Shown: positions 11,331-22,952 of the stretch, piece by piece
Position numbering within the stretch: the first letter of the stretch is position 1
How the letters are laid out: each line of letters starts with the position of its first letter
Assembly (NCBI RefSeq): GCF_001194135.2
Contig: NC_068995.1
Location: forward strand, 10,472,320 to 10,523,859
DNA: 51,540 nucleotides
Source of the DNA: Octopus bimaculoides
Lineage: Eukaryota
Reading direction: 5' to 3'
The notes under the pieces: model-generated
What the model saw: only the letters and a program-made list of their open reading frames with translations
Told to the model about the DNA's origin: nothing
Database searches by the model: none
Translations under genes and position numbers: made by a program

Positions 11331-11749
11331 GGTAACTTTCTACGTGCAATCCCGTAACATGACGGTTTGGCAAAAGAGACAAGTAGAATAAGTACCAAGC
11401 TTCACAATTTAGATACAGAAATTGTCCGTCCAGATGCCCATTATTAAAGGCGATTGCGCATGCGTAGATTGATCTCTGCTGAAGTTCTACAACTTAGCAG
11501 AATCTTTGAGGCATCGAACTGAATGTGTTGCTTTCATCCCTTTCGGTGGAATGGCGGAAATGTAAGAACGTTGGACAGAATGGATGCCTTTACGGCATTT
11601 ATTCCGGTTCTTTGCGTTTTGCGTTTTGCGTTTTGCGTACTGCATTCGAATCTCACCATGCCCTTGTTGGGTGATAAATTTAACCCGTCTCCTGATTTAA
11701 CATCATCATTTGGCACTTTCAGTGAAGAGCACCCACTGTACTGGGTAGG

Positions 11750-12002
11750 ATAAAGATCTTTCCCGTGTCATATAGACTCATAAGGGCCGATTTCTCCGTC
11801 TCGGTGGTACATAGATTATCCCCACCTCACTGGATGGGACGCCGGTCCGACTCAGGATTACTCATTTTTGCAATGTCAGTGGAACTGGAGTAAAGTGAAA
11901 TGAAGTGTTTTGTTCAAGAACACAACGCGTCATTCGGTTCATAAATCGAAGTCACAATCTTACGATCATAAATTCAACACCCTAACCATTAAGCCACGCG
12001 CA
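11750..12002 (-). mobile_element. SINE family C head with a different, RTE-like tail
   Basis: ggaactggagtaaagtgaaatgaagtgttttgttcaaga is the reverse complement of the family-C core; tRNA-like head at the right end. Confidence 0.7.
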
Positions 12003-12099
12003 CCACTGCGTTGCAAGCACTCGGCACAGATCCCTGGTTTAAAAATGCTTCCATCCCTCCTTTCATCCCTCTCATTGGTCTTGGAGGTCCTATAAATTG

Positions 12100-12420
12100 T
12101 CATGAGCACTGCCTTACCTCCTGACTAAAAGATAAAAAATTTTCGCTAATGCAGGCCGCATATAGATATTTGCAACAACTGTAAATTCGTGGATGGTTCT
12201 GAAATCCGTTAAGAGATCCTCTGGTGATATTCTTGCGAATATTATATATGTTGTACATTTGGTTTTGGGTCTTTAATGGCTTTTAATGCATGATGTAGCC
12301 TATTTGATGCTATTCTTGAGAATCCCATTCATCAACAAGTATTGTTTATCATCAGATATTAAGGGAAAAAAATATCATCTTAAGCATCATCCAAATGTGA
12401 CAAAGTAGACTTGCAATGGA
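12100..12420 (-). mobile_element. Highly decayed LINE RT fragment (RTE-like)
   Basis: Minus frame contains a HLDDA..I-like segment with many stops; weak resemblance only. Confidence 0.3.
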
Positions 12421-12470
12421 CATACATTTCTTTACATAATATAGTTACGAGGCAGAAATAATCCCTCCCA

Positions 12471-12510
<40 letters not shown>

Positions 12511-13002
12511 TATATTATATATTATATATTGCATATTATATATAATATAATATTATATANNNNNNNNNNNNNNNNNNNNNNNNNNNNNNNNNNNNNNNNN
12601 NNNNNNNNNNNNNNNNNNNNNNNNNNNNNNNNNNNNNNNNNNNNNNNNNNNNNNNNNNNNNNNNNNNNNNNNNNNNNNNNNNNNNNNNNNNNNNNNNNNN
12701 NNNNNNNNNNNNNNNNNNNNNNNNNNNNNNNNNNNNNNNNNNNNNNNNNNNNNNNNNNNNNNNNNNNNNNNNNNNNNNNNNNNNNNNNNNNNNNNNNNNN
12801 NNNNNNNNNNNNNNNNNNNNNNNNNNNNNNNNNNNNNNNNNNNNNNNNNNNNNNNNNNNNNNNNNNNNNNNNNNNNNNNNNNNNNNNNNNNNNNNNNNNN
12901 NNNNNNNNNNNNNNNNNNNNNNNNNNNNNNATATATGCGTGTGTGTATAGAACAATTCCACCAAAAATGCCTTCATCGCATTTTAAACATTAATGGAGTA
13001 TA

Positions 13003-13410
13003 TTACGATAAACGTAAACAAACTAATGTTCGCTTTATAAGCGTCGAAATGTGTATTGTGAAATAAGATGACAATTTATTTTCAAACGCATAAATGCTGA
13101 TAGAACAGCAGAGATTGGATAAGATATCCATACAAAGCGGAAGATTTGTCAGCAACCAGCCATGAGACTCGAACTGATTACCAGTCTTTACCAATGAATC
13201 TAAACTGTCAACGAATCTAAATTAATCCGCAATTTTAGAACTTATAACGCTACCGAACTGAACGCTGGAAAGCTGAAATTATATTACGATAAATGTAAAC
13301 AAACTAATGTTTATTTTAGAAGCGTTGAAATGGATATTGTGAGATACACATCCGGTGATAATTTATTTTCAAACGCATAAACGCTGATAGAACAACGGAG
13401 AGTTCTATAA
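13003..13410 (+). repeat. Local dispersed repeat, direct copies at 13003-13195 and 13282-13410, third copy at 14682-14850
   Basis: Shared ttacgat..a.gtaaacaaa...aagcgt.ga.atg...tattttcaaacgc and ccagccatgagactc (copies 1 and 3). Confidence 0.85.
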
Positions 13411-13863
13411 TTGCGAATTAATTTGTCAGTGGGCAGTTTAGCTTAATTCGTAAAGCTCTTGACCGAGAACTCTTTTTGCAACATGCAAATAAATCAGTAA
13501 TTACATCTATTTATTCACCATTTTCTTCACCTTGTTTTCCTTCAATATTGAAAATTTCAATAATCCTAAACATATACCAATGACTTTATGATACGGATTA
13601 AACCTGTGGAATAACTTGGATTATATAGTATAGATTGTTTGCCAACATAACATGGCAGTCCTGGTTTAGGATGAATGTTGGTTGGATTATATAATCCCCA
13701 TGAGGATTTGACTCCCTCGAATTAATTGTATATATATATATACAGGTATAAACTGCAGAAAGAATACTGTAAAAAGTGTAATAAGGTTTATTTATCTCTG
13801 CAGAAGGACCTAATAGTTCACTCCGTCTCGACTAAAATTTTCTCGCTACATGCATTTCTTCAG

Positions 13864-13929
13864 ACCTCAAAAAGATGGACGAGGAAAACATAGCGTTGTT
13901 TATAGACCAGCTTTCATTAATCAACAGCT
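13864..13929 (+). CDS. Candidate exon, phase 1-1: (x)LKKMDEENIALFIDQLSLINS
   Basis: Strong acceptor atgcatttcttcag, donor CT|gttaga. An alternative frame (PQKDGRGKHSVVYRPAF...TI*) is also open. Confidence 0.2.
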
Positions 13930-14746
13930 GTTAGATGAGAAGTATCGAACTTGGACATTTTATACAATATAATTTTGTGGGTTCAAACTCCTTAGTGGAG
14001 GATTTGTGTTTTTTTAAGATAGAATGAAAGTTGAAGCCAAATTACCTATTACAAGTCAGGTTACTCAGTTTGAATCTTGAATGGCGAAAATTTAGTGTTG
14101 TTTTGAGATGGCAAAAGTAACATGCTAGTACTCTCTTATAATGGAGAGTGTAGATGAGTCAGAAACTTGAAGTTTTGGAGTAGATACAAAATGCAAATCT
14201 TTGCTCCTTCAAAATTTGTGGATACTGTAACTATGAAGTTCAGTGTTATAAGAAAGTTTTCGAGTTTTATTGTCACTTAATTTCCAAACAAATTGAGCTA
14301 GGGAAGCAGAATAAATTCTATTTCTGTACCTAAATAAATATACACGTTGGTTATGTCTTAGAAGTGTTTTCTTAAGACCTTATAATTCCTCTCCATGCCA
14401 TCTTTGAGTATAACATTTTCTCTATATATCACTACCTTACACAGAAGTAAAATAGTTTGAGTGGACAATTCTAGTTTTGAGATTTCACAGATTACACAGA
14501 ATAATGAAAATGTAACAATGGTGTTGCCATAGTTTGCAAACCAGTAGGGAAAAGTTTCATCAAAATCGATTCTCAGAAAACCACGATATCCTAAATTTCA
14601 CTCCTAAGCTATTAGCGTGATTCTGGGTGTATGTCTGTTTGTGTGCGTGTATATATATATATATATACATATATATTCAACTTACGATGAAAGTAAACAA
14701 AGTTTGTTTTAGAAGCGTTGAGATGTATTGAAGGATACAGAATTTA

Positions 14747-14938
14747 TTTTTTTATTCTCAAACGCGTGTTAAAGCTAATAAAATAGCGTGATCAGGGTAA
14801 ATTATCCATACATTGCAGAAAAATACGTTACCGGCCAGCCATGAGACTCATGTACGTACTTTTCTGCAATGTATGGATAATTTATATCCTGATCACGCTG
14901 TTTAATAGCATTATCACGCGTTTGAGAATTAAAAAAAT
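14747..14938. repeat. Long inverted repeat, arms 14747-14828 and 14854-14938, ~25-bp spacer
   Basis: ctcaaacgcgtg...gcgtgatcagg...aaattatccatacattgcagaaaa pairs with ttttctgcaatgtatggataattt...cctgatcacgc...cacgcgtttgag; about 85% by eye. Confidence 0.92.
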
Positions 14939-14973
14939 ATTATTTCTGTGCATATATATATATATATACAGAC

Positions 14974-14974
<1 letters not shown>

Positions 14975-15037
<63 letters not shown>
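14975..15037. repeat. (GATA)n microsatellite
   Basis: Directly visible. Confidence 0.95.
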
Positions 15038-15039
<2 letters not shown>

Positions 15040-15054
15040 CCATCAGAAAATTTA

Positions 15055-15440
15055 TAAGGAGGGCTAGACTGCTTTACGCTCCCAACAGTGTCAAATTGAT
15101 CACACATTTTCCGCATGTTGTCAATGAATATGTCAATGAATAATGTAACTCCATATCGCTGAAGTTAACCGGAGTTGGAGTAACGATGTTGAACCAAATG
15201 TATAACATAAGTGTATATCTGAAACGATTACTGCATTTAGTAGAGTCTCTTATTTTGATTCTAGTCTTTGGCTTCACAGTAAGTTTCAGAACATCCCTCC
15301 AAATTCCATCGGGATACCATTGACAAACGGCCTCAACAATTTCACGCTATCCATTTTGACTTCCGACTGATCACATGCGATACAAAAAGTCGACATACGA
15401 TACAAAAAGTAACAGCCTGAACGCGTCCGAAGAATTCCCC
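15055..15440 (-). mobile_element. Possible Tc1/mariner-type remnant; donor of the 181-bp insert
   Basis: Minus frame IDNMRKMCDQFDTVGSVKQSSP resembles the F..TGSV.D..R.GRP motif of Tc1/mariner N-termini; no TIR pair identified. Confidence 0.3.
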
Positions 15441-17024
15441 TACACACACACACACACACACACATACTTTTTTTTTGGTAAGGGCACAACAGAGAAAGAC
15501 ACCACTAACACTTTCCAAAGTTCCAAAAGAGAAAACTACTTGAGTAGAACATTACTGAATCCGCTCCACAAAAATTCAGTGTATGGTGTCATATGATTAG
15601 AAAATAGCGAGAGGATCTTCATCAAGCCATATCCTCTGTTTTATCTTCTTCTTGGTATGACATATTGGCTCTATTGTTACGTCCTTCATCCCCACCTCTT
15701 CCGAATGATTGCAATTCTTACTCAACGTTTCCTTTATCAGTTATGCGATGTCAGAACATTTTATTCTCACAACAATCTTCAAAAGTTATAAAATCACCCT
15801 TGAATCGTAAACGAACAATCTCTACTTTGAAGATAACTATGATAAATGTTGTCTATTCGACATGTGCAGAACCGAGTGCTGCATCAGTTATTATTAAATA
15901 GTATTTTTGTCTTTGATCTTTCACAGAGAATTTCGTTTCAAAACTTGATCGGAGCAAAGAGAAATAAATTCATTTTGTGATTCAGATGATAAATAATTTA
16001 TTTGCAACCTTGCTCTTCTTTTTTTTTCTCTCTCTTTTTTTTTTTTTCATTTTTCTTTTATGACTCCATCTGATCTCTGACTTGAATTCCAATATGACAA
16101 AAGTTTAACCACCCCCAAAGAAGTTACCATTGTTTATATTGTTCGGTCGTATGTGTGATATCGCGAAATGCAAACTCATTTTTACCATGAAACATAATGT
16201 AGACTAGACGTTGTAAAGTATTAGTCCAGTTAGCTTCCTTTCTTACCATTTATATATGCAGGAAAATGTTCCAAGCATCTGTTTTAAATGGATTCTTTGC
16301 TCGAGTTCGCTCCATGATATATAATTCAATTTCTATCGGTAACCATATTCATGCTCAAGAATTCAATCGTAATTTTCTCCATTTTTTTCTGTAGCAGACC
16401 ATCGTTTCTCTGTTGTCAATTCTGATGCGTTAATTCTACTATTTCCATAGAGTAGACATGCTAAATGTACGATTTCTAGCCAGTCTCTCTTAGATATTTC
16501 ACCCTCAGTGATTCCTGTATTTAAAGAGGCCAACTGGAACAGACTGCTGCCCATTATTCCTTGGAAATGTTTGCAGCCAGAGAATATATCTTTCCTACAC
16601 ACATCTTTTAATGTTTTACTGCACTTTTTTGTATGAAATTGCCAATATCATCGTTGTCTTCATTCTCATAGCTTAGGTTTAAAGAGATATTCTCTACGCT
16701 TCTGTTGGCACAGTCGTTAGACTGTTAAATAGAATACTTTGTGGTATACATTATTGTTACAACTCTCTGCTCTGAGTTCAAAACGTGCCGAGGTCAACAC
16801 TGCATTTCATCATTTCGAGTGGATAAAAAAGTACCAATCCAGGTACTGTAGAATGATGCAACAACGAGGGGTGGGGGTCAGGCAAGATGCCTCGCGATGA
16901 CTGATGCAGTTTATTGCGCTCTAACAACACCTCTTACGACACTGGTGCAAAACTATATCGGGCCATGTCGGCAGCCCCTACTCTTAGTTACATGGAAGAT
17001 TTTGCACGCATATGTAACTTTTAT

Positions 17025-17528
17025 CTTTCGTTTATTTCAGTCATTGGACTGCGGTTATGCAGGGGTACCCCTTTCAAAAGTTTAGTCGAACGAATTGCCC
17101 CCCACTATTTATTATCAGGTTTGGTATTTATTCTATTGGTTTCTTTTGCCGAACCGCTGGATAACGGGTGCATAAACAAACCAACACCGGTTGTCAAGTG
17201 ATGGTAGGAATACAAACAGAAGCACAAAAACACACATGCACATGCACACACACAGACACGTACACACACACACGTACACACATGCATACATATATATGAA
17301 TATATATCATTTTATATGTGCGTGTGTGTGCGCGTGCGTCCGCGTGTGTGTGTGTGTGTACGGCGGGCTTCCACACAGTAGTTTTCGTCTACCAAATTCA
17401 CTCACACAAAAACATTAGCCAATCGGTCGGTCCAGAGCAATGATAGAAGACACTCGTAGAATGTAACGCGCAGTGAAACTGAATCCGAAACCACGTGGCT
17501 GCGAAGCCAGCTTCTTAACCAAACAGCC
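17025..17528 (-). mobile_element. SINE family A, diverged full-length copy with internal (CA)..(TG) tract
   Basis: Both conserved halves plus tRNA-like head (...cttcttaaccaaacagcc). Confidence 0.85.
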
Positions 17529-17609
17529 GCCATCTTTGCGCCTATTAGTCATCAAAAATGTTGCCCAAATCTGTGCGCAACACATATGCATACTCACAGT
17601 GGACATTAC

Positions 17610-17791
17610 CTGATAAAAGCCCTTTACGTACGCATTTAGCTTTGATTTCATTGGGCTCGATAGATGATACACGAATAACAGTTTCATTCTAAGGTTTAAA
17701 ACCGTTTTGCTTCCAGTTTCTTCTTCAGTAGATAGTACAGTGATTGCTAATAAATATTCATCAGGAAGGTTTTTGGAATCAATATCTATAT
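17610..17791 (-). CDS. Candidate exon, phase 1-0: (x)IDIDSKNLPDEYLLAITVLSTEEETGSKTVLNLRMKLLFVYHLSSPMKSKLNAYVKGFYQ
   Basis: 60 open codons ending at a strong donor CAG|gtaatg; the acceptor is weak (purine-rich). Confidence 0.2.
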
Positions 17792-17989
17792 CTGGTCATG
17801 ATCGTTTGCTTTTGTGTTCTTATTTATCTCTTGCTTTCTTTTTTAGTTCTGTTTTTCGTCCAGTCTTCTGCATGTGCGTTGCACAGATATGATTGGAACA
17901 TAAAATTCTTCTTGAAAAAGAAGACGCTTTTTAGACCGGCATTAAATACTGCGTTGACTTGTGAACAACGTATAATAAATGTCATTCAG

Positions 17990-18079
17990 TAATGTGTATG
18001 TGTGCGCGCGCATGTAATTGTGTGTGTGTGTCTGTGTGTGTATGTGAGCGTGTGTTTGTGTGCTCATGTCATTGTGTGT

Positions 18080-18134
<55 letters not shown>

Positions 18135-18475
18135 CAGAAGTTGTACTGCACATTTGCTAATAAGATATACGAGCGACAAGTGAAAGTTTGCTAAATGAAT
18201 GTGCAGAGAGAAAGAGAGAGAGAATGAGTGTGAGGGGGTGGAAGTGTATGTGCGTGAGTGTGCATGTGTGTGCATGTGTGTGTGTGTGTGCGTGCGTGCA
18301 TTTGTGTGTGTGTGCGCGCGCGCATGTCATTATGTGTGTATGTCTGTGTGCGTGTATGTATGTATGTATGTATGCGCATGTCATTGTGTGTGTGTGTACG
18401 AGTGTGTGTGTGTGTGTACGAGTGCATGTGTGTGTGTGTGCGGGTGTGCGCGTGTACAGGTGTGTGTGCATTAGT
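17990..18475. repeat. ~480-bp (TG)n-rich alternating purine-pyrimidine tract
   Basis: Directly visible. Confidence 0.92.
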
Positions 18476-18589
18476 ATCTAGTAATGAAAGAATTCATACA
18501 GTATGTTAGAAAAAAACTATTGAAATGGAGGGAGACAGCGAAGACGAAATGAGGATGATGGAGACGGTAAGATTGAGGCAAAACAGTAC

Positions 18590-18639
18590 TTAGTAGAAGT
18601 AGTAGTAGTGGTAGTAGTAGTAGTAGTAGTAGTAGTAGC

Positions 18640-18675
<36 letters not shown>
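18590..18675. repeat. (AGT)n microsatellite
   Basis: Directly visible. Confidence 0.95.
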
Positions 18676-18934
18676 TGGTAGCGGTGTTGGTGATGACGAG
18701 ACAATAACAATTGCATATTTCTATGTTCTGTGTAGATCTATGTATGTGCGTATATATACGTGTACTTAAATTGACACATTGGCCAGTATATATGTGTGCA
18801 TTCATACACACATATGTATATATATATCCATGTATATACATATATAAATATATATATATATACATGCATATATACATATATACATGTACGCACTCACAAG
18901 GCCATATTATTATTCTGCTACACAGATTTTAGTC

Positions 18935-19045
18935 CGTCTTTGCGTTCTGAGATCGAATTCCGCCGAGTTCAATAAGATAAGTATCAGTTGAGCACTGGGG
19001 TCGATATAATCCACTAGCAACCTCCCCAAAATATTTATTATTATT

Positions 19046-19107
<62 letters not shown>

Positions 19108-19315
19108 GGCGGCGAGCTGGCAGGACGGCTAGCTGGCAGGACGAAATGCTTTGCGGTATTTCTGAGTTCAAATTCCACTGAGGTCGACTGCCTTTCATCC
19201 TTTCGGGGTCGATAAAATAAGTATCAGTTGAACACTGGGGTTGATGTAGTCGACTCATCCCCTCCCCCAAATTTGCTGCCCTCTGGAAAAATTTGAAACC
19301 ATTATTATTATTATT
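18935..19315 (+). mobile_element. Two SINE family B copies with (ATT)/(ATC)n tails
   Basis: ggcggcgagctggcag...ctgagttcaaattccactgaggtcgac...cggggtcgataaaataagtatcagttg...attattatt. Confidence 0.88.
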
Positions 19316-19510
19316 TTATGTTTGACTTTTGTTTTGCATCTGTACAAGTTGGATCCAAGTCTCACCCAGAGACCTCAAGAGACAACAAGTTAGAAGTTCA
19401 TGTAGGTGTTATGCCTAGGGTACCATATATTTGGATTTGTACAGTTTTGTTCAAGTGAATGTTTAAGAAACCATAAGAAAATTATGTGTTTGCTTTAAAA
19501 TTTGAGATCA
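19316..19510 (-). mobile_element. 5'-truncated 3' end of an R4/Dong-type LINE inside (ATT)n
   Basis: The minus strand ends cttgaggtctctgggtgagacttgga...aaacataaaataataataat, with (ATT)n on both flanks. Family assignment is from memory. Confidence 0.55.
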
Positions 19511-19568
<58 letters not shown>

Positions 19569-19714
19569 GTTACATTGCGGAACTGTTACTTTAACGAGTT
19601 GTATTTATTTATCACCCGACGAGATGCATCTGCACCAGAAGTTTATCATTTAAATATATATGACCATGTCTAGATATGTAACTCTATGCATGAGGATACA
19701 TACAAAAAACATAC

Positions 19715-19840
19715 AAATCTGCACATACATACATACATACATACATACATACATACATACATACATGCATGCATGCATATACACACACACGCATACATAC
19801 ATACATACATACATACATACATACATACATACATACATAC
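19715..19840. repeat. (CATA)n microsatellite
   Basis: Directly visible. Confidence 0.95.
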
Positions 19841-20554
19841 AAAAATACCCTGTTGTTGATGCTGAAATTCCAGTGAAGGAACCTTGGATCTAGGTTAGAA
19901 ACCGGTTCTTTCTATATTGGCAAGAAATCTTGAAATAAACTGAATAATGACATACAGACATAGAGAGAAAAGCCTCCTGTTATTGACTACATACCTAAAC
20001 ATCAACACAAGGAATATTGGTGAAATATTCTCATCAAAATTTCTAGCCTGGATATTGTACTTTGAGTCAGACAAGAAAAAGAAGTATGTAGCATCATAGA
20101 GACCATCTACTTGGCTGATGTGAATATCTCTTCGAAAATCAAAGAGAAATATAATAGCTAAAGAAAACCACGTCGAAACCTCCAGGCTCTATATCAAGAT
20201 TATAAATTCATATTTATACCAATGATAATTCCCGCACTTTGTTTTGTTTGTCCATCTCTAAGTGGCAATCTGGATAAGCTAAAGTTTTCAGAAAAGGAAA
20301 TCAACCAACTAATTTACATATTACAGATACAATCTATAACTGGAATAGTAAAAATAAACAAGACTTTTCTCATGTTCGAAATGTAGCATTGTTTTTGATA
20401 TCTACATTTTATCGATAGAAATTTGTATCTTTGTTAGAAACCAGTTCCTTCCTTAGAGGAAGATTTCAAATTATTAAAAATAGAAGACGCCATAATTGTA
20501 TACATACATGTTTTCGAGAAGACGTCTTGAACTGATCATTAACGTTTCTACAAG

Positions 20555-20689
20555 TGGCTCGATTTTATTATGAAAGGCGGCAACAAGATGCCATTAGCAT
20601 TACTTTAGTCAGGTATGGAGGCCGAGAAGATCTTGAAACTTTAATGAAACTGAAAATATTAAGGTTCCTGACGAAGCAAAGGGCGTTAA
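20555..20689 (+). CDS. Candidate exon, phase 1-1: (x)ARFYYERRQQDAISITLVRYGGREDLETLMKLKILRFLTKQRAL
   Basis: 135 nt open, strong donor AA|gtaagg, acceptor tttctacaag (atypical AAG), unique sequence. Confidence 0.25.
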
Positions 20690-20807
20690 GTAAGGAAATA
20701 TGGATAACCATAAATAAAAGATTCAATTGAAATACAGTAGAGTAGTACTCAAGATTCTTCGTTTGAAAGAAAGTAGATGTTATATAAACACATACACACA
20801 TGCATAC

Positions 20808-20860
<53 letters not shown>

Positions 20861-21001
20861 AAGACAGAGACAGAGAGAGAGACAGAAAGACAGAGAGACA
20901 GAGATGCATACACATATATGCATACATTTATATATACATACATGCATCTATATATACATATATAACTATACACATATATATATGCCTATACCAGTATGCA
21001 A

Positions 21002-21045
<44 letters not shown>

Positions 21046-21717
21046 NNNNNNNNNNNNNNNNNNNNNNNNNNNNNNNNNNNNNNNNNNNNNNNNNNNNNNN
21101 NNNNNNNNNNNNNNNNNNNNNNNNNNNNNNNNNNNNNNNNNNNNNNNNNNNNNNNNNNNNNNNNNNNNNNNNNNNNNNNNNNNNNNNNNNNNNNNNNNNN
21201 NNNNNNNNNNNNNNNNNNNNNNNNNNNNNNNNNNNNNNNNNNNNNNNNNNNNNNNNNNNNNNNNNNNNNNNNNNNNNNNNNNNNNNNNNNNNNNNNNNNN
21301 NNNNNNNNNNNNNNNNNNNNNNNNNNNNNNNNNNNNNNNNNNNNNNNNNNNNNNNNNNNNNNNNNNNNNNNNNNNNNNNNNNNNNNNNNNNNNNNNNNNN
21401 NNNNNNNNNNNNNNNNNNNNNNNNNNNNNNNNNNNNNNNNNNNNNNNNNNNNNNNNNNNNNNNNNNNNNNNNNNNNNNNNNNNNNNNNNNNNNNNNNNNN
21501 NNNNNNNNNNNNNNNNNNNNNNNNNNNNNNNNNNNNNNNNNNNNNNNNNNNNNNNNNNNNNNNNNNNNNNNNNNNNNNNNNNNNNNNNNNNNNNNNNNNN
21601 NNNNNNNNNNNNNNNNNNNNNNNNNNNNNNNNNNNNNNNNNNNNNNNNNNNNNNNNNNNNNNNNNNNNNNNNNNNNNNNNNNNNNNNNNNNNNNNNNNNN
21701 NNNNNNNNNNNNNNNNN

Positions 21718-21769
<52 letters not shown>

Positions 21770-22109
21770 TATATATATATATATATATATATATTACCAA
21801 AGTTCACAGTTTACATTTACATTTAGCTAGGCTGCTCAGTCTTATGAACACACAACCACCAGCGACTATCAAATTTAATGTGATAAATATATTTCGCACA
21901 CACATACCCATCCACACATGCACATACGTCAAAATCACTAGTCTCTATCCACACACGCACTTACACATTCTCACAAACATACGCACGCGCACCTTCGTTT
22001 TAGGATCACGAATACTTTATTATCTCCCCTTCTTTCAACCGCTCCTGTCAAACTTTTTTTCTCCAACCAGTCGCCATGCTTGATTGCTAAATCCACACGT
22101 TTTTTTTTT

Positions 22110-22245
22110 TAATTCTCTTTCTGCATATTTTCTCTTATTCTTTTCTGTTGAAGAGCGTAGGCTCGACATGTAAAAGACTTTCTCACTTTCCCGAGCGTCA
22201 AACTAATACACCTACTTCGTCTTTTGTTTTCCTGTAAATTTCAAC
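22110..22245 (+). mobile_element. Second copy of the PLE-terminal-like repeat, hammerhead-like core mutated
   Basis: Matches 7700-7862; GAAAC is changed to GACAT. Confidence 0.6.
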
Positions 22246-22952
22246 TATATATATATGCGTGTGTGTGAGAGAGAGAGNNNNNNNNNNNNNNNNNNNNNNN
22301 NNNNNNNNNNNNNNNNNNNNNNNNNNNNNNNNNNNNNNNNNNNNNNNNNNNNNNNNNNNNNNNNNNNNNNNNNNNNNNNNNNNNNNNNNNNNNNNNNNNN
22401 NNNNNNNNNNNNNNNNNNNNNNNNNNNNNNNNNNNNNNNNNNNNNNNNNNNNNNNNNNNNNNNNNNNNNNNNNNNNNNNNNNNNNNNNNNNNNNNNNNNN
22501 NNNNNNNNNNNNNNNNNNNNNNNNNNNNNNNNNNNNNNNNNNNNNNNNNNNNNNNNNNNNNNNNNNNNNNNNNNNNNNNNNNNNNNNNNNNNNNNNNNNN
22601 NNNNNNNNNNNNNNNNNNNNNNNNNNNNNNNNNNNNNNNNNNNNNNNNNNNNNNNNNNNNNNATATATATTTAAAAAAGAGATTTAACACCGAAGTTTAT
22701 ATATCCATGTATTCATTCAACGTAAAATCTCTTTATTAAATGTATAAATTTGAAACTTTTGATATTCAAACAAGGAGAACGATCCTTAAGGAATCTAATT
22801 AAAGATTTTTTGAGGTGAAATCTTATGCTATATTGGTAACGATTACAGAGTTTACTTTGAAAAAAAATATATATATATATATATATAACCACACTCAGTC
22901 TCTCTCTCTCTCTCACACACACACACGTGCGCACACGCACACACATACACAC

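Noticed and set aside
1950-13330. Shared gataaat...tttagaagcgtt between the 50-bp unit and the 13-kb repeat
   Set aside because: The match is only about 12 bp in AT-rich DNA and the intervening sequence does not align; likely chance.
14130-14225. Cytochrome P450 C-terminal-like EGAKICILYLLQNFKF on the minus strand
   Set aside because: There is no FxxGxRxC heme motif upstream and the similarity is too short.
20666-20695. CTGACGA hammerhead start
   Set aside because: There is no downstream GAAA box.
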